The notes under the pieces: model-generated | Database searches by the model: none | What the model was told of the DNA's origin: nothing | The model's input: the letters and a program-made list of their open reading frames with translations, nothing else | Translations under genes and position numbers: made by a program | Assembly: GCA_030604855.1 (NCBI GenBank) | Contig: JAUVVC010000004.1 | Location: forward strand, 120,001 to 152,000 | Direction of reading: 5' to 3' | Source of the DNA: Erysipelotrichaceae bacterium | GTDB lineage: Bacteria > Bacillota_I > Bacilli_A > Erysipelotrichales > Erysipelotrichaceae | Length of the DNA: 32,000 nt | Shown here: positions 1 to 6,332 of the stretch, piece by piece | How the letters are laid out: every line of letters begins with the position of its first letter | How positions within the stretch are numbered: the first letter of the stretch is position 1

Positions 1-1116
1 AAAAAAGGGACGCCACGTCGGGATCATTTCATCATTACAGTAGCTTCACCTATGATGGCGATGCTTTGCTTGTCAAAGGATATCCAGGATTTCAAGAAAA
101 GAGTCGATCGTACGATTGTAGCGTATACCTATGATGATAAACCGGTCACGATCAAGGACCTTCAAGTGACGGGATCCGTAGCGGTTTTAATGAAAGATGC
201 GATCAAACCAAACCTTGTTCAAACCTTGGAAGGGAATCCTGTCTTTATTCATGGGGGGCCATTCGCAAACATCGCACATGGCAGCAATTCAATCATCGCC
301 ACAAGAACCGCTCTTAAGTTAGCGGATATCGTTGTTACAGAAGCAGGCTTTGGTTCGGATTTAGGTGCACAAAAGTTCATGGATATCACCAGTCGTGCTG
401 GTGAGTTCAATGCGGATGCTGTGGTATTGGTTGCTACGGTACGCGCACTCAAGATGCATGGTCAAGTTGCTTATGAGAACTTAAAAGAAGTGAATGTGGA
501 AGCCGTACAGAATGGGTTGGCAAATTTAGGTCGTCACATTGACATCATCAAACAGTACAAAGTACCTTTAGTGGTTGCTCTAAATCGCTTTACTTCGGAT
601 AGTGCAGATGAAATTGAGCTTGTTAGGAACTATTGCATGAGTAAAGGTGTTTCCTTTGAAATCAATGAATCTTGGGCAAAAGGTGGTCAAGGGGCTGCTG
701 ATTTAGCTAAAACTGTTGTTAATCTTATTAATAATAAGAATGATTATCATCCTTTATATTCGATGGAACTAAGTATATCTGAGAAAGTTGAAAAAATCGC
801 GAAGAATATCTATAAAGCAAAGGGTGTTCAATATACAGAGAAAGCATTGAATCAGTTAAAAGAGCTTGAGCGTTTAGGATTGGATCGACTTAATGTATGT
901 ATTGCCAAAACACAAGCATCCCTAAGTGATGATCCAAAAAAAATCGGTGCACCAGAAGACTTTGAAATTACAGTTCGAGAGTTGAATGTTTCGAGTGGTG
1001 CGGATTTTGTCGTTGTGATTGCGGGATCCATCATGACCATGCCGGGTTTATCCAAAGAGCCTGCAGCTGTACACATTGATATCCTAGAAAACAACGAAAT
1101 CGTCGGCTTATTTTAA
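1..1116 (+). CDS. fhs: Formate--tetrahydrofolate ligase, C-terminal 371 aa (5' end lies outside the window)
   Basis: Frame 1 is open from nt 1. DHFIITVASPMMAMLCL and LEGNPVFIHGGPFANIAHGSNS are hallmark Fhs blocks. Stop codon at 1114-1116. Confidence 0.95.
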   Translation, partial: KKGTPRRDHFIITVASPMMAMLCLSKDIQDFKKRVDRTIVAYTYDDKPVTIKDLQVTGSVAVLMKDAIKPNLVQTLEGNPVFIHGGPFANIAHGSNSIIATRTALKLADIVVTEAGFGSDLGAQKFMDITSRAGEFNADAVVLVATVRALKMHGQVAYENLKEVNVEAVQNGLANLGRHIDIIKQYKVPLVVALNRFTSDSADEIELVRNYCMSKGVSFEINESWAKGGQGAADLAKTVVNLINNKNDYHPLYSMELSISEKVEKIAKNIYKAKGVQYTEKALNQLKELERLGLDRLNVCIAKTQASLSDDPKKIGAPEDFEITVRELNVSSGADFVVVIAGSIMTMPGLSKEPAAVHIDILENNEIVGLF

Positions 1117-1128
1117 AGAAGAAAAAGA

Positions 1129-1137
1129 TGTTATAAT
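1129..1137 (+). promoter_or_regulatory. Extended -10 promoter element (TGtTATAAT) for the 325-aa ORF
   Basis: TGTTATAAT ends 9 nt before the ATG at 1147. There is no Shine-Dalgarno in between, which implies a 2-3 nt leader. Confidence 0.45.
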
Positions 1138-1146
1138 AGCACTGAC

Positions 1147-2124
1147 ATGGCTTCAATAGCGTACATCACAGACCGTCATATGATTGAATTTCATCGTTTG
1201 AATGGTAATCAAACGATAAGTTTTTGGCGTCCTTCTGTGGGAAAGCGTTTTGCGGATTTTAATCATGGTGATTTACTTTTCTTTTTAGCAAAAGGAACAG
1301 AATTAAAGACGACAGGAGAAAAGGGCATCATTGGTTATGGTCGCTTCGATCACGGTGTCAGTCATTCGTTTCGGCAAATGTGGAATCATTTCGAAAGTTT
1401 GAATGGATATCCGGATCAAAAGAGCTTCAAAGATGCGATTCTTAGGGTCGCCAAGGCAAAAACGCTCCCAACAAGCATCAGTAGTTTAATATTGAAAGAC
1501 ATTGTCTTTTTCCAAGCCCCTGTTTATTTGAGTGAGTTTGGGATGAGGATATCGAACAATCTTGAGAGTTTCATCTACCTGGATAAAGAAGATCCGGAAA
1601 TGACCGTTAAAATCTTGAAAAAGGCAAATGAGATCGGTGTCGATGCATGGGCAAACGCCATGAGTCGATCTTCACGATCGAGTTCTGTGTTTGATGATGA
1701 TTTAGCCAGACATGTCTTACAACTGCATCTTCAAAATTTCGGTGCGCTCAGTACAGAAAAAGAGACCCGTAAACAAACGCGGATCTTAAATGAACTGTGT
1801 GCAAAATCAAGTCAACTACAATGGCTGGATGCACGTAAGCAAGAATTAATAGCGTTCAACGATGAGGGCATCGAGCTGTACTTCAGTATCGACTGCAATA
1901 AGAATCAAATCATGGAGCGTGTGGTCTACAGCTTTGGTAAATTCAGTCTTGTGCGTAAGTTGGCACGTGAAATCCCTAATTTCAATCAGAAAATCAGCTT
2001 CAAATTGATGATCGATCACGAGTTACCGGAAAATTTATTAAATTTATTCAAATTGGATGATGTCGAAATCATTTCACATCAACATCATGAGGATTCAAAC
2101 ATAACAGAAAGCGATGATATTTAG
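1147..2124 (+). CDS. Uncharacterised 325-aa protein: PUA-like N-terminal domain (type seen on HNH restriction-like nucleases) plus unknown C-terminal domain
   Basis: Clean 978-nt ORF with no competing frame. The N-terminal blocks YITDRHMIEFHRL, ISFWRPS, GDLLFFLAK, IIGYGRF and MWNHFESLNG follow a pattern I recall from N-termini of proteins annotated HNH endonuclease. No HNH motif is present. Residues ~170-325 are unrecognised. Confidence 0.7.
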   Translation: MASIAYITDRHMIEFHRLNGNQTISFWRPSVGKRFADFNHGDLLFFLAKGTELKTTGEKGIIGYGRFDHGVSHSFRQMWNHFESLNGYPDQKSFKDAILRVAKAKTLPTSISSLILKDIVFFQAPVYLSEFGMRISNNLESFIYLDKEDPEMTVKILKKANEIGVDAWANAMSRSSRSSSVFDDDLARHVLQLHLQNFGALSTEKETRKQTRILNELCAKSSQLQWLDARKQELIAFNDEGIELYFSIDCNKNQIMERVVYSFGKFSLVRKLAREIPNFNQKISFKLMIDHELPENLLNLFKLDDVEIISHQHHEDSNITESDDI

Positions 2125-2629
2125 TCTTCGCTTTTTCATTGTTTAAATGATATCTTTCGATAAGCTCAAGGTATCGAAGATTGGCTTTATCTTCATCCTG
2201 TGTGACTTCATACTCAAGTTCGTAATCAATGGTCCCAAGATAATGGTTCTCATCGATGCATAAATCCCCATGCGCTTCTTTGATAAGTCGTCGATATGTC
2301 GTAAGTTCTCCTAGATATGTAAACGATTGAGGATAGTCGTTCTTTAAAAGGAAGGATTTGACATCTTCACGATTGAATACATTGGCATCATTGCTGGGTA
2401 CGGAAAAGTTAACCTCGAGTCGACCTTTGGCTTGTTTGATTTTAAAGGTCAATTCGAATTCATCATCGATCTGTCGAATTCTAGCCGCAATCATTTTACT
2501 CAAATCCGTATATTGATAGTAATAGTTGACTTGCTTGATGTTGGGAATCGTATTGTAGTCCAAAGTCAATTGCTCAAACTGGCTTTGGGTAAGCATGGTT
2601 TTGTATTCGATTTCGAGATTTGTGTTCAT
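2069..2629 (-). CDS. CYTH-domain protein (triphosphate tunnel metalloenzyme, YjbK-like)
   Basis: MNTNLEIEYKTMLTQSQFEQL has the N-terminal ExExK CYTH signature, and the C-terminus is YELEYEV...KTKYHRF. The start is set at the ATG at 2629, because the longer track ORF would run across the nadK start. Divergent pairing with nadK matches the Bacillus yjbK-ppnK neighbourhood. Confidence 0.85.
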   Translation of the reverse strand: MNTNLEIEYKTMLTQSQFEQLTLDYNTIPNIKQVNYYYQYTDLSKMIAARIRQIDDEFELTFKIKQAKGRLEVNFSVPSNDANVFNREDVKSFLLKNDYPQSFTYLGELTTYRRLIKEAHGDLCIDENHYLGTIDYELEYEVTQDEDKANLRYLELIERYHLNNEKAKTKYHRFLLCLNPHDVDVK

Positions 2630-2701
2630 AAGGCTATGATACAATAGTAATAATAAAATTAATAGTTTATGGAATTGTGTTGGAAAGAAGGAAGAGATCG
2701 T

Positions 2702-3484
2702 ATGCAAAAGTTTGCCATACTCAGTAAAAAAGATGATCTGTCCACTCAAATCAAGAACAGAATCTATGATGAATTGATTTATAAAGGTTTTCTTTACGAT
2801 GAAAAAGATCCTGAACTTGTGATTGCTGTAGGTGGAGATGGGACATTTCTAAGAACCATCCATAAGTATGTCAATGACTTGGAGAAACTGCTCTTTGTCG
2901 GTATCCATACGGGAACACTTGGCTTTTTTAGCAGCTATGACAGTCATGAAGTTGAACGGTTTCTTGAAGATTGTGGACAAATGAGTTTTGTTCGAAAGAA
3001 TCTACCCTTATTGGAAATCAATATTCACAGTTCAAAGGAAACCCATTGTTTATACGCACTTAATGAAATCCGTGTCGAGAATGTCATTCGTACGCAGCTG
3101 ATGCGGGTTTATGTCGAAGATGTGTATTTGGAAACTTTTAGAGGAACGGGTATGTGTATATCGACGCAAGCAGGATCGAGTGCGTATAATCGTTCTCTAG
3201 GAGGTGCAATTCTACATGAGGGATTGGATCTGCTTCAAATCACAGAAATTACAGGTATACATCACCAAGCCTATCGTTCGCTGGGTTCGCCATTGATCGT
3301 TCCGCATGATGTGACGATTCGACTCGAAAGTGATGATTTCTGTGAGGCGATTTTGTGCTACGATCACGAGTCTTTGAAGTTGAGAAAAGATAGTTGTGTT
3401 ACGGTTAATTACAGTAAAAAGGTCGTCCAGATGATTGGAAGACCCAATACGAATTATATTGAACGTTTGAAGAACTTATTCTAG
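2702..3484 (+). CDS. nadK: NAD kinase
   Basis: The GGDGTFLR motif, NEIRVEN and the TQAGSSAYNRSLGG block are present. The start at 2702 is preceded by GAAGGAAGAG. The track start at 2669 was rejected as an upstream extension. Confidence 0.93.
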   Translation: MQKFAILSKKDDLSTQIKNRIYDELIYKGFLYDEKDPELVIAVGGDGTFLRTIHKYVNDLEKLLFVGIHTGTLGFFSSYDSHEVERFLEDCGQMSFVRKNLPLLEINIHSSKETHCLYALNEIRVENVIRTQLMRVYVEDVYLETFRGTGMCISTQAGSSAYNRSLGGAILHEGLDLLQITEITGIHHQAYRSLGSPLIVPHDVTIRLESDDFCEAILCYDHESLKLRKDSCVTVNYSKKVVQMIGRPNTNYIERLKNLF

Positions 3485-4704
3485 TGATTCTTTTTGGATT
3501 GATTCATATGACTCATATGATAAATGATGGCGATTGAAGGTATAAAGGATAATAAGGAAGATCCCCCTGCGGATATAAAGGGTAAGGTGATTCCAGTAAT
3601 TGGAAGTAAGCCAATGATCATGCCCATGTTTTGGATTTGTTGAAACATCAACATGCCCAAGAAACCAATGGCCATGATTTTTTCTCTATAATACTCATTC
3701 TGATAAATGATGCGAATGATGATTAAATCAAGTGCTAAATGTAGAAACAGGACGATGCTCGTGCCTAGGAAACCAAAGTTCTGGCCAATGACTGCGAAAA
3801 TGAAGTCGTTTTGAGGTTCGATGATACTGATGACTTGTGAACCAAAACCATGACCAAAGAAACCTGCTGAGCCGACCGCCAATAAAGATTGATAAAGTTG
3901 GAGTCCCCAAGAACTGATGTAGTCCTCCGTTTTAAGCCATCCGTAGAAACGGGTCAATCGATAGGAACTTCCAACGATATTGACTAAGAAGTCTTGTGCA
4001 AAGAAAAACAAAAAAAGGAATACAAGCACAGTGCCAATGACAAGCGTGAAGCCTCCATAAAGCCAATAGCGTTGAATACCACTCAGACTGACCATTGCGA
4101 TCAATCCCATGATGATGATGAGAGGGATCCCAGTGTCAGGTTGAGCAATGATCAGGATCAAAGGCAAGATTGCAAATTTCAGGATCTTTATAAATAAGAA
4201 AATATCGGATTCAAAGTTTGCCACACGATTCTGCTCAATGTGTTCCGCAATGATGGTTGCGGATTTGATGATCAAGACTGCTTTCATGAATTCGCTCGGT
4301 TGAATCGTGCCGATACCTGGGAAATAGAACCAAGCACGTGTACCATTCACAGGAGCGATGAATGGAAGATTGATGTACTTATCTAAAACAAGGAGAAAGA
4401 GTAAGAATATTAAAATCCAATAAGCGATGTCGATGGCTGTGAACAAGCGATCCACACCAAGTTGAATCAGTGCAACAAGCGAGACAATGGAAATGACGAC
4501 CCAGATGATTTGTTTGATCAATAAATCTGTTCCATCAAGATAATATACGAGTAAGGGACTTGCGGCATAAATTGCCAATAAACTGATTGCGGTAAGCGAC
4601 AATAAAACAAAGGTTAAGGACCAATGGATTACGAAATGTTTCTTTGTTGGGGAGGTGGTGAGACGTGTCATAGGTGTTTTTTTGGTGCGTTGAAGTCGAC
4701 CCAC
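3481..4704 (-). CDS. SEDS-family peptidoglycan glycosyltransferase (FtsW/RodA/SpoVE family)
   Basis: About 10 predicted TM segments. PDTGIPLIIIMGL and LPITGITLPFISAGGSSLL are typical SEDS blocks. The start is ambiguous: GTG at 4704 or ATG at 4671, neither with a clear SD. The RodA versus FtsW assignment cannot be made from sequence alone. Confidence 0.88.
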   Translation of the reverse strand: MGRLQRTKKTPMTRLTTSPTKKHFVIHWSLTFVLLSLTAISLLAIYAASPLLVYYLDGTDLLIKQIIWVVISIVSLVALIQLGVDRLFTAIDIAYWILIFLLFLLVLDKYINLPFIAPVNGTRAWFYFPGIGTIQPSEFMKAVLIIKSATIIAEHIEQNRVANFESDIFLFIKILKFAILPLILIIAQPDTGIPLIIIMGLIAMVSLSGIQRYWLYGGFTLVIGTVLVFLFLFFFAQDFLVNIVGSSYRLTRFYGWLKTEDYISSWGLQLYQSLLAVGSAGFFGHGFGSQVISIIEPQNDFIFAVIGQNFGFLGTSIVLFLHLALDLIIIRIIYQNEYYREKIMAIGFLGMLMFQQIQNMGMIIGLLPITGITLPFISAGGSSLLSFIPSIAIIYHMSHMNQSKKNH

Positions 4705-4735
4705 ATCAATGGTATCATAGATGCGAGGTGAAGGT

Positions 4736-6289
4736 ATGCGTCGATGGAATTCGTTTAGTGAACTAATCTATTTTCCTCTTGAGGTATTATATATTGCCAG
4801 TATCATTTTGGGAATGACAGGGATTCTATTCAATCCGAATTTCCAAATCTTTTTTTCAATCAATCATCCATTTCTTCGGTCGATTATCGATATGTTGCGC
4901 TACCTGTCCAGCTTTTTCATACAGAACTTTCCCTTAATCTTTTTATTAAGAGCCGTATATCGTCGCAATGAAGATGGAATGGTCATCATCGCTGCATTTC
5001 TAGCGTATCTGGCGTTTCATGTCGGCATCATGTTCTTTGCCCCAACCAACCTCGCTGCTGAAACATACTCAGCCGTTTTGGGCCTAAGGGCAAGTGCCAG
5101 CGCTTTGGCAACGCGTGATTTGGGGATTTTGATGCCGTTTCATACAGGCATTATTGGTGCTTTGATCATCATGTTCATCACGCGATCCGTCGCACGACAA
5201 TTAAAGATGCGCAGTCCGTACAGTATCTTCAGTTTCGTTGATAAGAATGTATCCATCATCATGGGGTCCGTCTTTTACGCACTGATCGCAGGTGTCGGCG
5301 TCGCGTACATTTGGCCTTCTATCATCAACTTTTTACAAGCGGTCTTCAATTTTATTGCACGTGATTTAAATAATCCCATCAATTTATTTATTTATGGGGG
5401 TTTGGACCGTGTTTTGAATATCTTTAACTTCTCAGATTGGATGCATCAACTTTTTTGGTTCACCTCTATGGGAGGAAACTGGGTGGATCCATTGGGTGCT
5501 GTTTTCAATGGGGATGTCAGCATGTGGACAGCCCAATTGGCTCAGAACATCTCAGGTTTCACTTCCGGTAAGTTGATTACACCGTATTATATCTTAAATA
5601 TCTTTGCGGTACCAGCGTTTATCCTAGCCGCCTATCAAACCTATACGGATCGATTGGTGCGAAGAAGACTCTTGGGTTTCGTCATTGCCTCCATTGTGTT
5701 TTCCGTTTTATTTGGAACCTTGCTTCCCATTGAAGTGTTCTTACTTTTTACAGCTCCTCTCTTGTTCTTATTTCATTTATTGTTTGCGGCCTTGTTGTTT
5801 GCGATCCTGCCTACCTTTGATATCATCATCGGTTATCGTTTCACAGGTGCGATTTCGGTTGCGACCCCTGGGAGCATCATCGACTTATTGGTTTTAATTC
5901 GCAATCCATTTTATCAAAGGGCTTTGATCATTCTCTTGTTCATTGGGTTGATGACTTTCTTACTTTATTATGCCGTTACGAGTTATTACTATCATAAGGG
6001 TGCCATCAGCATCATCAATCCAAATGAGAAGGAACTTGTGATTTCTGAGTTGTTGGATAGCTTAGGTCAAGTTGGAAACATCAAATTAATCAATGCTTCA
6101 ATTGGGAAGATCATCGTTCAAGTCCATGAACGTGATCAAGTTGACTTTAGTAAGATTCATCACCGTGCCACAAAGATTGTTGAGACACGGGCGGGATATG
6201 CCATTTCCTATGGTGCGAGTAGTTATATGTTGTATGAGATCATAAGCAATCTTAAACAAGACAGCCTTGTAGTGAATGAAGGAAAATAG
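4736..6289 (+). CDS. PTS EIIC(Glc-family)-EIIB-like membrane protein with degenerate catalytic motifs
   Basis: NFPLIF, FIYGGLDR and LPIEVFLLFTAPLLFLFH line up with the EIIC blocks NMPLIF, FIYGxxER and GITEPIEFxFxFVAPxLYxxH. The C-terminal LGQVGNIKLINASIGKIIVQV resembles EIIB LGGxxNIxxxxxCxTRLRxxV but has Ser for the phospho-Cys. The start at 4736 is preferred because it is preceded by GAGGTGAAGG. Confidence 0.75.
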   Translation: MRRWNSFSELIYFPLEVLYIASIILGMTGILFNPNFQIFFSINHPFLRSIIDMLRYLSSFFIQNFPLIFLLRAVYRRNEDGMVIIAAFLAYLAFHVGIMFFAPTNLAAETYSAVLGLRASASALATRDLGILMPFHTGIIGALIIMFITRSVARQLKMRSPYSIFSFVDKNVSIIMGSVFYALIAGVGVAYIWPSIINFLQAVFNFIARDLNNPINLFIYGGLDRVLNIFNFSDWMHQLFWFTSMGGNWVDPLGAVFNGDVSMWTAQLAQNISGFTSGKLITPYYILNIFAVPAFILAAYQTYTDRLVRRRLLGFVIASIVFSVLFGTLLPIEVFLLFTAPLLFLFHLLFAALLFAILPTFDIIIGYRFTGAISVATPGSIIDLLVLIRNPFYQRALIILLFIGLMTFLLYYAVTSYYYHKGAISIINPNEKELVISELLDSLGQVGNIKLINASIGKIIVQVHERDQVDFSKIHHRATKIVETRAGYAISYGASSYMLYEIISNLKQDSLVVNEGK

Positions 6290-6293
6290 TTCA

Positions 6294-6320
6294 GGAAATG
6301 CTTCGGCATTTTCTTTCTTA
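6294..6320 (+). terminator. Intrinsic terminator-like hairpin with UUCG tetraloop after the EIICB-like gene
   Basis: GGAAATGC-TTCG-GCATTTTC forms 8 bp including one G.U pair, followed by TTTCTT. It starts 5 nt after the stop at 6289. Confidence 0.55.
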
Positions 6321-6332
6321 TGTGAGGATGGT

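Noticed and set aside
249-1094. Two minus-strand ORFs (249-452 and 852-1094) inside the fhs gene
   Set aside because: They lie fully within, and antisense to, a CDS with unmistakable Fhs motifs. They have no RBS and low-complexity composition, so they are typical shadow ORFs. The same reasoning applies to the other short antisense or alternate-frame track ORFs inside mutS, mutL, miaA, msrA, rarA, folD, argS and pyrG.
2630-2749. 40-aa N-terminal extension of the CYTH ORF, and similar upstream extensions for nadK (2669), mutS (6276), the lipoprotein (14082), permease 2 (26309) and pyrG (29872)
   Set aside because: The extensions overlap neighbouring genes, promoters or (for pyrG) the attenuator hairpin, and they lack an RBS. 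Internal starts give canonical N-termini with good Shine-Dalgarno sites.
5685-5897. 70-aa Cys/Leu/Pro-rich alternate-frame ORF inside the EIICB-like gene
   Set aside because: It is an out-of-frame reading of a hydrophobic TM-coding region, with no start signals.
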